This document shows, in pieces, positions 25,865-35,184 of a stretch of DNA of 64,000 bases. Both the position numbers and the translations under genes were made by a program. Source of the DNA: an uncultured Gemmatimonadales bacterium (GTDB taxonomy: Bacteria > Gemmatimonadota > Gemmatimonadetes > Longimicrobiales > RSA9); the NCBI GenBank assembly GCA_963741945.1, contig CAVUKA010000001.1, positions 832,001 through 896,000 of the forward strand. The letters run 5' to 3'. Position 1 is the first letter of the stretch. Every line of letters begins with the position of its first letter. A model generated the notes under the pieces. It saw only the letters and a program-made list of their open reading frames with translations. It was not told the DNA's origin and did no database searches.

Positions 25865-27295
25865 CTACATCCCGATCCAGATCCCGACCAGGATGGACAC
25901 GATCCCCAGGGCGACGAGCATGGCCCACATGCGGAGCGCGAAGGCGAGCCAGCGGTCGTAACGGACGCCGGCGGCGGCGATGACGGCCATGAGCGCGCCG
26001 TTGGTGGGGGTGATCATGTCGCACAGCCCGGCGCCGTACTGGTAGGCGAGGATGCCGACATCGCGGGAGAGGCCGAGGAGGTCGGCGAGGGGGGCGAGGA
26101 TCGGCATGGTGAGGACGGCCTGGCCGCTCACGCTGGGGACGGGGACGTGGATGGCGGTGTGGACGCCCACCATGCCGATGGCGGCGAGCGCGGGCGGGAG
26201 CCCCTGGATCGGCTGAAAGAGGCCGTGGACGATGGTGTCGATGACGTGGCCGTCGTCCAGCACGACGAAAATGGCGCGGGCGAAGCCGATGAGGATGGCG
26301 GCGAACGCCATGGCGCGGAATCCGTCGATGAACGCGTCCGCCGTCCCGCCCACGCCGAGCCGGCCCACCAGCCCGGCCACCACACCCAGGAGGAGGAAGA
26401 GCGCGGACATCTCGTTGAAGCCCCAGTCCAGCCGCATGACGCCGATCACGTACACGCCGAACGCCGCCACGGCCAGCGCCAGGATCAGGGCGTGGGCACC
26501 GGTCATCCGGATATCGGGCTGCGGAGCGACGCCGGGCGACGCCAGCTCCGGGGTGACGCCGGGCCGGGCCGGCTGCGGGGCCTGCAGCGGGGCGACGCCG
26601 GGCGGGGTCGGCTGCGGCGCGGTGCGGGTTCGCCGGGCGTAGCGGGCGGTGCCCCAGCTGTAGAGCGCGAGGGCCACCACTACGAAGGCGGTCCGGAACC
26701 CGGCGTGCTCGAGGAGCGGCACGCCGGCGATCTTCTGGGCGATCCCCACCTGGAACGGGTTGATGGGGCTGAACGCCGCGCCCACGGCGGCGGCGCCGAG
26801 GGAGATGGCCACGGCCACCACGGTGTCGAAGCCGAGGCGGTGGGTGAGGAGGAGGAGCACGGGCACCAGCGCGATGAACTCCTCCTGCATGTTCTCCAGC
26901 GCCCCGGCGGTGCCGAAGGCGAAGCACGCGATGGGGATGATGAGCAGCTCGTGGCGTCCCAGGACGCGGACCAGCCGGTCGAAGCCGCCGTGGAGCGCGC
27001 CCGTCCGGTCGATGACGGTGAACGCGCCGCCCACCAGGAAGACCAGGAAGATGACTTCGCCCGCGTCCTCCATCCCGCGCGGCAGGGCGACGATGGTCTC
27101 GAACGGCCCCACGGGGCTGGAGGCCACGCGGTGGTAGCTGCCGCTCACCACCACCTCGCGCCCCGTCGCCGGGTCGGGCTGCCGGTCGTACGCGCCGGCC
27201 GGCAGCACCCACGTGAGGACTGCGGCCAGCACGACGCCCGCGAAGAGCAGGACGAGGGGATTCGGGAATCGTTTCAGGGGGGTGTCTCCGGCCAC
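25865..27295 (-). CDS. YfcC/DcuC-like transporter
   Basis: LTWVLPAGAYDR, FSPINPFQVGIAQKIA, VPSVSGQAVLTMPILAPLAD, ITPTNG. Confidence 0.88.
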   Translation of the reverse strand: MAGDTPLKRFPNPLVLLFAGVVLAAVLTWVLPAGAYDRQPDPATGREVVVSGSYHRVASSPVGPFETIVALPRGMEDAGEVIFLVFLVGGAFTVIDRTGALHGGFDRLVRVLGRHELLIIPIACFAFGTAGALENMQEEFIALVPVLLLLTHRLGFDTVVAVAISLGAAAVGAAFSPINPFQVGIAQKIAGVPLLEHAGFRTAFVVVALALYSWGTARYARRTRTAPQPTPPGVAPLQAPQPARPGVTPELASPGVAPQPDIRMTGAHALILALAVAAFGVYVIGVMRLDWGFNEMSALFLLLGVVAGLVGRLGVGGTADAFIDGFRAMAFAAILIGFARAIFVVLDDGHVIDTIVHGLFQPIQGLPPALAAIGMVGVHTAIHVPVPSVSGQAVLTMPILAPLADLLGLSRDVGILAYQYGAGLCDMITPTNGALMAVIAAAGVRYDRWLAFALRMWAMLVALGIVSILVGIWIGM

Positions 27296-27419
27296 GGGTC
27301 AGGGCGCCCGCCCACCGGATGCACGACGGGGGCCATGTCGGCCCCCGCCCCCACCCGTCCGCGCCACTCGGGCAATCGCCATCGGCAGAACTGCGGAGCG
27401 CCTGCGCCCCGCGACCGCG

Positions 27420-28220
27420 TCAGCCGCGGGTCACGGTCACGCCGCCGTTCGTGGTGATGGCGCGGATGAGCGGTCCGCCGTTGCCCAGCTCGGTGCGGAT
27501 GCGGCGGTGGACCCGCCCCTGCACCGTGACCGGGAAGTCGAGACGCATCGATCCGTTGACGGTGCCCGTCTCCAGCTCGGCGGAGTAGCCATCGGGGACG
27601 GCGATGCGAACGCCGCCGTTCGTGGTGCGGAGGTCGACGCCCTCGCCCTGCCAGGCGTCGCCCGTGAGCTCCACCCGGACGCCGCCGTTCACGGTCTCGC
27701 CGTGGATGCGGCCGCTGCCGCCCACCACGGTGAGGCCGCCGTTCGTGGTGCGGGCATCGACGTCGCCGGCAAGGCGCTCGAGCGCGATGCCGCCGTTCCG
27801 GGCCGCGAGCCGCAGCGCGGTGGCCCGGGGCACCATGAGGTCGTAGCTGACCCACCAGCCGCGGCCGCTCCCGCGCATGGGCGGGCCGTCCGCGCGGATC
27901 ACCTCGCCCGTCATGATCCGGATCTCCCGGGCCAGGTCGCGCGGGTCGTCGCGGCGGTCGCGGGCGCCCACCCGGGCGCGCAGCCGGATCTCGTCGCGGT
28001 CCCACCCCTCGACGCGGATCCCGCCGTTCGGCCCGGCGTCCACCGAGATGGAGGACAGCGCGGGGAGCGTGTACTCGCGGATCTCGCAGTACCGGTCGCG
28101 GTCGTCGTGTCCGGAGTCGCAGGCCACGGCCTCCACCCGGTCGGGCGCGGCCTGGGCATGGACGGCGCCCGGAACCAGGGCGAGGAGGAGGAACGGGTAC
28201 TTCAGCGCGGCTGGCCGCAT
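27420..28220 (-). CDS. DUF4097 beta-strand repeat secreted protein
   Basis: Signal peptide; repeated TTNGG/TVNGG motifs. Confidence 0.82.
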   Translation of the reverse strand: MRPAALKYPFLLLALVPGAVHAQAAPDRVEAVACDSGHDDRDRYCEIREYTLPALSSISVDAGPNGGIRVEGWDRDEIRLRARVGARDRRDDPRDLAREIRIMTGEVIRADGPPMRGSGRGWWVSYDLMVPRATALRLAARNGGIALERLAGDVDARTTNGGLTVVGGSGRIHGETVNGGVRVELTGDAWQGEGVDLRTTNGGVRIAVPDGYSAELETGTVNGSMRLDFPVTVQGRVHRRIRTELGNGGPLIRAITTNGGVTVTRG

Positions 28221-28480
28221 CGCGGACGGTCTCCTGTCGGAAGTGAGCGTTGTCACTTCCATAGACACTACGAATCGCTCAAGGGTTGGATACGGGCGCG
28301 AGGGCCGGGTGGCGCTTCGATCCGGCGACCTGCGAGCGACGCCGGGGCAGCCTCGTCACTGCGCCCGGCGTCCTCATCCGGTCACCAGCCCGGCGTCAGG
28401 CGGCGACCATCGCTGTGCACTGCGCCACCACCCGCCAACACCACCACCCGCCGACCCGACCACCCGCTACCGCGAACCGC

Positions 28481-31048
28481 TCACCCGCACTCGGAGTAGC
28501 CGCAGCTCAGGCACTTCACGCACCCCTCCGCGAACTGGAGGTCGGAGCTGCACTCGGGGCAGGTGCCGAGGAAGGAGTCGCCCGGGTCGTAATAGTCCAG
28601 ATTGGCCTGGAGCTGCGACTGCGTGGCCGCGGGCGGCGCCACCCTGGGCGCGATCACGGGGTTCTTCCGCGCGCCCGCGGTCCCGATCGGGAGCTCCTCC
28701 TGGATCCCCTCCTTCTCCATCATGTGGGCCTGGAGCACCTGCCCGATGGCGTCGGGGACGCTGAGCACCTTGTTCGGCCCGATGCCCACCGCGCGGTCAC
28801 AGGAGATGCCGCGCAGCTGATTGATCACGTCCAGCATCGGGATCCCGCTGCGCAGCGCCAGCGAGATGAGCCGGCCGATGGCCTCGGCGTCGGCCATGGC
28901 CGCGCCGCCGGCCTTGCCCAGCGTCGTGAAGACTTCGAACGGCTTCCCGTCCTCGTCCTCGTTGACCGTGACGTACATGTCGCCCAGCGGGCTCCGCATC
29001 TTGCGCGTGGTGCCCGTGAGCACGTCGGGCCGCTTGCGCTTGTGCAACCGCTTCTGGTGCTTGATCTCCAGCTCCTGCAGCCTCGCCCGCACTGCGTCCA
29101 TCTCCTGGTTCAGCCGGTGGTTCTCCTCGCGCGCGTCCGCCAGCGCCGCCTCGAGGTCGGCGGTCTTCTGCGACTTCGGCCCGCCCGCGCCCGCGGCCGC
29201 CGCTTCCTTCCCCGTCTTCCCCGTGCTCAGCACCTGCATGGGACGGGAGCCGTCCCGGTAGACGGTCACGCCCTTGCACCGCAGCGCGTGCGCCTTGAGG
29301 TAGATCTCCCGCACGTCGTCTTCCGTGGCATCCTGCGGGAAGTTGCACGTCTTGCTGATGGCGCTGTCCGTACGCTCCTGGAAGGCCGCCTGCATCCGGA
29401 TGTGCCAGTCGGGCGTGACGTCGTGCGAAGTGACGAAGAGGCGCTGGACGTCGGCCGGGACATCGTCGAAGTGGATGTGCCCCTCCTCGGCAATGCGCTC
29501 CATGAGCTCGTCGCTGTACCAGCCGTCCGATTTCGCCATGCGGACGAAGTCCCGGTTCACGTCCGGCATGAGCGCGCCCGCCTGGTTGCGCATGAACGCC
29601 ACGGCGAAGAGCGGCTCGATCCCGCCGGAGCAATCGGCGAAGATGGAGATCGTGCCCGTGGGGGCCACTGTGGTGATGTTGGAGTTGCGCAGCTTCCGCA
29701 TCGGCCGAACGCGCTCCCCGTCCACCCTCGCCGCCGTCCTGTCCGGCCCCCAGATGCTCTTCTTCCACGCCGGGAACGTGCCGCGCGTCTCCGCCAGCCT
29801 CTCCGACGCGTTCCTCGCCTCCTCCTCCACGAAGCCCATGACCGTGCGGGCCAGGGCGATGGCCTCGTCGCTGTCGTAGGGAACACCCACGCGGATGAGC
29901 AGGTCGGCCCACCCCATGATGCCGAGGCCGATGCGACGGATCTTCTTCGCCAGCGCGTCGATCTCGGCGAGCGGGTAGTTGTTCGCGTCGATGACGTTGT
30001 CCAGGAAGTGCGTGGCCAGGTGGACGGTGTTGCGGAACGCTTCCCAGTCGATGCGCTCGTCCATGGAGGCATCCGCGGGGGCATCCGTGCGCGCGAACAT
30101 CCCCACGTTCACGCTTCCGAGGTTGCACACGTCGTACGCCAGCAGCGGCTGCTCGCCGCACGGGTTCGTCGCCTCGTAGCTGCCCAGCTCCGGCACCGGG
30201 TTGTACCGGTTCGCCTCGTCGATGAAGAAGACGCCCGGCTCCCCCGTGGCCCACGCCCCGTGGATGATCAGGTCGAAGATCTCGTTCGCGTCCTCCGTCC
30301 CCACCACCTCGCCGCTGCGCGGGCTCTTCAGCTCGTACCGCTCACCCGCCTTCACCGCCTCCATGAAGGCGTCCGTGATGGCCACGCTGATGTTGAAGTT
30401 CGTCACCTGCGTCACGTCGCTCTTGCACGTGATGAACTCCCGGATGTCCGGGTGGTCCACGCGCAGGATCCCCATGTTCGCCCCCCGCCGCGTGCCTCCC
30501 TGCTTCACCACTTCCGTCGAGCCGTCGTACAGCTTCATGAAGCTCACCGGGCCGCTCGCCACCCCCATGGTCGACTTCACCACGTCGTTCTTCGGACGCA
30601 GGCGGCTGAACGCGAACCCCGTCCCGCCCCCGCTCTGGTGCACCAGCGCCATCGCCCGCAGCGTGTCGTAGATCCCGTCCTTGCCGTTCGACAGCGAGTC
30701 CGACACCGGAAGCACGAAGCACGCGCTCAGCTGACCCAGCGGACGACCCGCGTTCATCAGCGTGGGCGAGTTCGGCTCGAACAGACGCGTGGCCATGAGC
30801 CGGTAGAATTCGCGCGCCAGCGCGTCGATCGCGCCATTGCTCGCGCCGTAGGCCCGATCCGCCTCCGCCACCGTGCGCGCCACGCGCCAGAACATCTGCT
30901 CCGGCTCCTCGATCGGCTCACCTTCCTCGTTCTTCTTGAGGTAGCGCTTCGCCATGATGATCCGGGCATTCTCGCTCAGGTCCGCCGACGGCAGGTCCTC
31001 CGGCAGGACATCGGCGGGGTTCGGAGAGTGGGCGGGCTGCTGCGTCAT
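28481..31048 (-). CDS. nrdJ: Vitamin B12-dependent (class II) ribonucleotide reductase
   Basis: PNSPTLMNAG, QLSACFV, TNPCGEQ, CNLGS, APTGT, KGVTVYRDGSR, C-terminal TSCPD-like domain and CPEC...C..CGYSEC. Confidence 0.95.
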   Translation of the reverse strand: MTQQPAHSPNPADVLPEDLPSADLSENARIIMAKRYLKKNEEGEPIEEPEQMFWRVARTVAEADRAYGASNGAIDALAREFYRLMATRLFEPNSPTLMNAGRPLGQLSACFVLPVSDSLSNGKDGIYDTLRAMALVHQSGGGTGFAFSRLRPKNDVVKSTMGVASGPVSFMKLYDGSTEVVKQGGTRRGANMGILRVDHPDIREFITCKSDVTQVTNFNISVAITDAFMEAVKAGERYELKSPRSGEVVGTEDANEIFDLIIHGAWATGEPGVFFIDEANRYNPVPELGSYEATNPCGEQPLLAYDVCNLGSVNVGMFARTDAPADASMDERIDWEAFRNTVHLATHFLDNVIDANNYPLAEIDALAKKIRRIGLGIMGWADLLIRVGVPYDSDEAIALARTVMGFVEEEARNASERLAETRGTFPAWKKSIWGPDRTAARVDGERVRPMRKLRNSNITTVAPTGTISIFADCSGGIEPLFAVAFMRNQAGALMPDVNRDFVRMAKSDGWYSDELMERIAEEGHIHFDDVPADVQRLFVTSHDVTPDWHIRMQAAFQERTDSAISKTCNFPQDATEDDVREIYLKAHALRCKGVTVYRDGSRPMQVLSTGKTGKEAAAAGAGGPKSQKTADLEAALADAREENHRLNQEMDAVRARLQELEIKHQKRLHKRKRPDVLTGTTRKMRSPLGDMYVTVNEDEDGKPFEVFTTLGKAGGAAMADAEAIGRLISLALRSGIPMLDVINQLRGISCDRAVGIGPNKVLSVPDAIGQVLQAHMMEKEGIQEELPIGTAGARKNPVIAPRVAPPAATQSQLQANLDYYDPGDSFLGTCPECSSDLQFAEGCVKCLSCGYSECG

Positions 31049-31171
31049 GATGTCCTCTGTGACATTTGCGTGCGGCTGCGTGGAAAACTCTGTATGTCCA
31101 AGAGAGTGGCCCCGATGCTCGGCCACCGCTTCCAGCAGGAGTAGCGCCGGGGCTCCTCGGCGCCGTGGAAT

Positions 31172-31218
31172 GCCCCACATGTTGTGCGGGGATTCCAGTA
31201 TGCCACCATATGTTGTGG
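31172..31218. promoter_or_regulatory. Tandem NrdR boxes
   Basis: GCCCCACATGTTGTGC (31172-31187) and CCACCATATGTTGTGG (31203-31218), 31 bp apart, upstream of nrdJ. Confidence 0.8.
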
Positions 31219-31225
31219 TTGTCAA
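31197..31225 (-). promoter_or_regulatory. sigma70 promoter of nrdJ
   Basis: TTGACA-17bp-CATACT with TG extension; the spacer is occupied by an NrdR box. Confidence 0.7.
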
Positions 31226-31449
31226 GCGTCCGTTTGTGCACACTCTTATACACCGGAGAGGGCGCTGATTTCCATGGATTTGCGCGGGTTTTCAACAGAT
31301 TCAACACCCGTGGATTCCACCAGGATGTGGAGGAAGGGACGGGAACCCGGCGCCGGCCGGCGACCCGGCCGCGCCGGGCAGATCCGGCAGGCGGCGGGCC
31401 CGGCGCGGGTCACGGGTCCGGCGAGCGATCGAGGACGGGCGACGCAGGG

Positions 31450-31956
31450 CTAGAGGTCGGGTTCGTTCTCCCGGGCTTCCCGCTCGCGCCTCCGTACGAC
31501 CTCATCCTGCTGCTCCCGCTCGCTGGCCTCCATGGGCTTGCGGCCCATCTCCTCGCGGTCCCGGCGCTGGCGCTCCTTCACCTGGTCGCGGTCGCGCGGG
31601 TGGGCCTTCTGTCGACGCTCGACTTCTTCGGGCGACACGGGCTCCTCGATGTCGCGGCGGCGCTCGGCATCGGCGCGCACTTCGCGGGTGTGGGCCTCGT
31701 CCTCCTCTCGATCGCGACCCTCGCCGCCCTCACGATCGTGGGCGCGCCGGGCGCGCTCCAGCTCTTGCTCGCGACCTTTCTGCGACGCCTGGCGGGAGGC
31801 TTCCATGGCCTCATTGGGCGTCTGTGTGGTCTGCTGGTTTGCCGGGAGCCCGTCGGGCGACTCACGGCGGTTGGCTTCCTCCGACTGGCGCCTGGACTTG
31901 TAGTCCGTGGCCCCCGTTTCACTGGGATCGAGCTGGTACTGGTCTGGGCGCTTCAT
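31450..31956 (-). CDS. Highly charged, probably disordered hypothetical protein
   Basis: R/E-rich 168-aa ORF with ATG and purine-rich upstream region. Confidence 0.6.
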   Translation of the reverse strand: MKRPDQYQLDPSETGATDYKSRRQSEEANRRESPDGLPANQQTTQTPNEAMEASRQASQKGREQELERARRAHDREGGEGRDREEDEAHTREVRADAERRRDIEEPVSPEEVERRQKAHPRDRDQVKERQRRDREEMGRKPMEASEREQQDEVVRRREREARENEPDL

Positions 31957-32106
31957 GGAGACCTTTCCGGTTGTCTATGGAAACATAAGTCCTTGACTTG
32001 CAACGGTATAACGTTACACGAATCGTGCCTGCGGCAGGCTCCGGCGAGCCCGCTGGAGAGGCTGGCCTCCGGTGGGAGGCCATAGCAGACGGCCGGGGAT
32101 CGCCGG

Positions 32107-35100
32107 TCAGAAGCTGGGGCCGAGCGCGACGTAGAAGGAGCCGCCTGGCGCGAGGGGACCGAGGGGCTGGGCGTAGCCGGCCCGTACCCGCGCGGGAGAG
32201 CCGTGGAGGAGGCCGAGGTCGAGGGCGATCTCGGCACCGACAGCGGCGAGGGGGGTCCGGTCGGGGGTGGAGCAGAAGTGGGCGGCCGAGCCCGCGGGGC
32301 ACCAGGCGTCGCCGGCATCGGCGAAGAGCGCGCCGGCGATGGACGTGAGGGTGAGCCCCCAGACGGCCGGGGGCGCATCTCGCATGTGGATCGGGAACCG
32401 GTACTCGGCGGAGGCGGTCCAGGCGCGCGTGCCCGTACGGGCGTCGGTGCCCCAGCCGCGCACGGGGAATTCGCCGGTGGAAGTCGAGGCGCTGAGCACG
32501 TCGGCGAGATTGTCGACGGCGCCGTAGCCGCCGATCCCTGCGGGGAGGGCGTGATCCCCGGAACGCAGGAGTCCGGCCACGCGTGCGGCCAGGACGTGGT
32601 GGGCGAAGCCGCCGAGGGGCAGCGCGAGATAGCCGGCGGCGCGACCCCGGAGTTGGTCGTACGCCTTCTCGCCGGAGTCGGTGAGCCACCACCGACCGAC
32701 GGTCCCGGACAGCGACACGCCATCCTCGAGGCTGATGGACATGGGGAAGGCGCGGGCGGTGGAGAGGCCGGGCCCGGCAGCGATGCCGGCGCGCGTGCGG
32801 AGCGCCGGGAGGCTGTCATCGAGCGCGCGCAGGTCCCGGGCCTGGTACTCCTGCGCCACCATGTCGGCAGCGGCGCTGAGCCACGTGCTGCGGCGCCAGT
32901 GGCGTCGCAGGAAGAGCGCTCCCGCGGCCACGCGGTCCTCGCGCAGGAGGACCGCGTCCAGCGGCGACTCGTTCAGGTACAGCGTCCCCGCGGATGACCA
33001 GTCGCGCGAGGCGCTGAGCGTGACGGTGGGCACGCCGAATCCGCGGAAGGTCCACCCGGCGCTGCCGAGCATCCGGCCCGTATCGAAATCTCGGGCGAGC
33101 CACGCCGACCAGACGTGGCGGGCGAGCAGGTCCCATCCCTGGGTCGCCACCCCGAAGAACGCCAGCCCTTTGCCGTACGACGGGCTCAGGGTGGCGAACG
33201 AAGGGACCCAGTAGTACGGACGCACCGTGGGCCAGGGGGAGTACGGGTGCGACGGCGCCGCTTCCGGCGCCGGGGTCGTGGCGGCCGCGCCACCCGGCGA
33301 TGCCCCGGCCTCGCCCGTCTCAACGGCCTGAGCCGGCGACTGGGGCGGCGGGAGCAGCCCGGGTCGGTACCGCTGCGTCGGCGGGGGAGCCGGCTCCCAG
33401 GCGGCAGTGTCCAGGGCGGTGCGCTCGATGTGCCAGCCATCGTGGTGGTAGACGGAAAGGTAGAGGGAGCGGCCATCCGGGGAGACCTCGGGGTCGAACG
33501 CGCCCGTGAGCACGCGCGTGACCCGGCGCACGGGCCCGACCGCGGCGAGGGCGGCGGCATCCCAGCGGACGGCGTAGATGTCGCTGATCCCGGTCCGGTC
33601 GGAGGACCAGAGCAACCAGCGCCCGTCCGGCGTCCAGGCCGGCGACCGGTCGAGGGCATCGTCGGCGGTGATGGGCGCGATGCGGCCGCTGGCGACGTCC
33701 ACCACGACCAGGTCCTCCTGGCCGCGGATGTGCCGCGCGACCGCGATGCTGCGGCCGTCCGGGCTCCATCGTGGCGTGTCGAACGCCTGCCCGGGCGAGG
33801 CATCGGCAAGGACGCGGGTGGCCCCGGTGCCATTGTCGTGCACCACCAGCCGGAGCCCGCCGTCATGGTCCTGGATCGCGGCGATCCGCCGCCCGCCGGG
33901 AGCGACGTCGGGGCTGGCCAGCCGCTCCCCGCTCGTGAGGCGGCGCTGGTCGCCAGCGCTGTCGACGCGCCACAGGTCGCTGTAGATCCGGTACGGGTCG
34001 CGGTAATCCAGCTGCGCCACCACCAGTCCGGCTCCGTCGGGGAGCCAGCTGGCGGGCCCGAGGATGCCACCGAACTGATTGCGGCGCGAGAGCGTGCTGC
34101 GGCGGTCCGTGGCCAGGTCGAGGACCCGCGTGGCGGGGTCGGAGCGAAAATCGTCCGTCGCGTACGCCAGCCGCCCGCCATCGGGAGAGACGCGCGGCGC
34201 CACTGCGTAGGGTCCGCGGCGAACGAGCGTGTCCGTGTGCGTGATCCCTTCGCCCCGGAGGCTGTCCGCCAGTGCGCGGGCGTCGGCCGTGACCTGGTCG
34301 CGCCACGCACCATAGATCTCGTCGAAGGACTCGCCGAGCGCCCTGCTGGCGATCCGGTCGAAGAAGACGAACGTGGGCAGGACCGCCCCCGTCGCCGCCT
34401 GGATCAGCTCGTGATGCGCATCGATCCCGTACCGGTCGGCGATCCACTGCATGAGCTCGCCGCCGTAGATGTAGCTGCGATTCCCCGCCGGCCAGGCCGG
34501 GCTGGGCGCGCTGACATCGTCCAGACGCGGGACCCGGTCCTCCAGCGCGGCCGTGCGCACCACCATGTCGTGGTAGCTGCCGAGGACCCGCCCCGCCCCG
34601 GTGAGGCGGGACTCGTAGAACGTGGCCAGCCCTTCCGTATTCCACCCGGGCGTGCCCAGCTCCGGGAACAGCGGCCACATCACGGGGACGCGGCCGAACA
34701 CGGCGCGAAGCCGGCTTCCCACGGGGCCCGTCCGGTCCAGCTGGAAGATGTGCACCAGCTCGTGGGACACCACCAGCTCCATCCAGTCCCGCGCCCAGTC
34801 GAGCCCGGGCATGCCGATGGCCGGCCGCGCGTACACCACGATCCGGTTCGATGCGTACGGCGTCGCGAACCCGTTCGTGTAGTCCGCGAAGTCCGTGACC
34901 ACCACGTCGATCTTGCTCGCGGGCGGCGCCGTCAGCTCGCGGCCCAGCACCACGTAGGCTCGCTCCGCCACCGCCCCCGCCTCGCGCGCCAGCGGCTCCA
35001 GGCGCGGCTGGAACGTGACGCGGAAGTGCTCGGTGTCGAAAGTGCGCCACGCGCCATCGGGCGGCGGATCCTGAGCCGCGGCGGGGGCGGGGGCGGCGAC

Positions 35101-35184
35101 GAGGGCGACGAGGGCGACGAGGGCGACGAAGGCGGCGAGGGCGACGAGCGCGGAGACCAGCGGGTGGGCGGCGCGGCGGCTCAT
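32107..35184 (-). CDS. Outer-membrane protein: HExxH peptidase-like domain + TolB/PD40 propeller + BamA-like barrel
   Basis: Signal peptide, HELVH...TEGLA, repeated P.WSPDG motifs, SAEYRFP...ALFADAG, terminal Phe. Confidence 0.75.
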   Translation of the reverse strand: MSRRAAHPLVSALVALAAFVALVALVALVAAPAPAAAQDPPPDGAWRTFDTEHFRVTFQPRLEPLAREAGAVAERAYVVLGRELTAPPASKIDVVVTDFADYTNGFATPYASNRIVVYARPAIGMPGLDWARDWMELVVSHELVHIFQLDRTGPVGSRLRAVFGRVPVMWPLFPELGTPGWNTEGLATFYESRLTGAGRVLGSYHDMVVRTAALEDRVPRLDDVSAPSPAWPAGNRSYIYGGELMQWIADRYGIDAHHELIQAATGAVLPTFVFFDRIASRALGESFDEIYGAWRDQVTADARALADSLRGEGITHTDTLVRRGPYAVAPRVSPDGGRLAYATDDFRSDPATRVLDLATDRRSTLSRRNQFGGILGPASWLPDGAGLVVAQLDYRDPYRIYSDLWRVDSAGDQRRLTSGERLASPDVAPGGRRIAAIQDHDGGLRLVVHDNGTGATRVLADASPGQAFDTPRWSPDGRSIAVARHIRGQEDLVVVDVASGRIAPITADDALDRSPAWTPDGRWLLWSSDRTGISDIYAVRWDAAALAAVGPVRRVTRVLTGAFDPEVSPDGRSLYLSVYHHDGWHIERTALDTAAWEPAPPPTQRYRPGLLPPPQSPAQAVETGEAGASPGGAAATTPAPEAAPSHPYSPWPTVRPYYWVPSFATLSPSYGKGLAFFGVATQGWDLLARHVWSAWLARDFDTGRMLGSAGWTFRGFGVPTVTLSASRDWSSAGTLYLNESPLDAVLLREDRVAAGALFLRRHWRRSTWLSAAADMVAQEYQARDLRALDDSLPALRTRAGIAAGPGLSTARAFPMSISLEDGVSLSGTVGRWWLTDSGEKAYDQLRGRAAGYLALPLGGFAHHVLAARVAGLLRSGDHALPAGIGGYGAVDNLADVLSASTSTGEFPVRGWGTDARTGTRAWTASAEYRFPIHMRDAPPAVWGLTLTSIAGALFADAGDAWCPAGSAAHFCSTPDRTPLAAVGAEIALDLGLLHGSPARVRAGYAQPLGPLAPGGSFYVALGPSF

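Noticed and set aside
31975-32020. dif-like or att-like AT-rich motif (…CATAAGTCCTTGACTTG…TATAACGTTACA)
   Set aside because: Does not fit the 11-6-11 dif layout or the array core site; more likely a promoter region.
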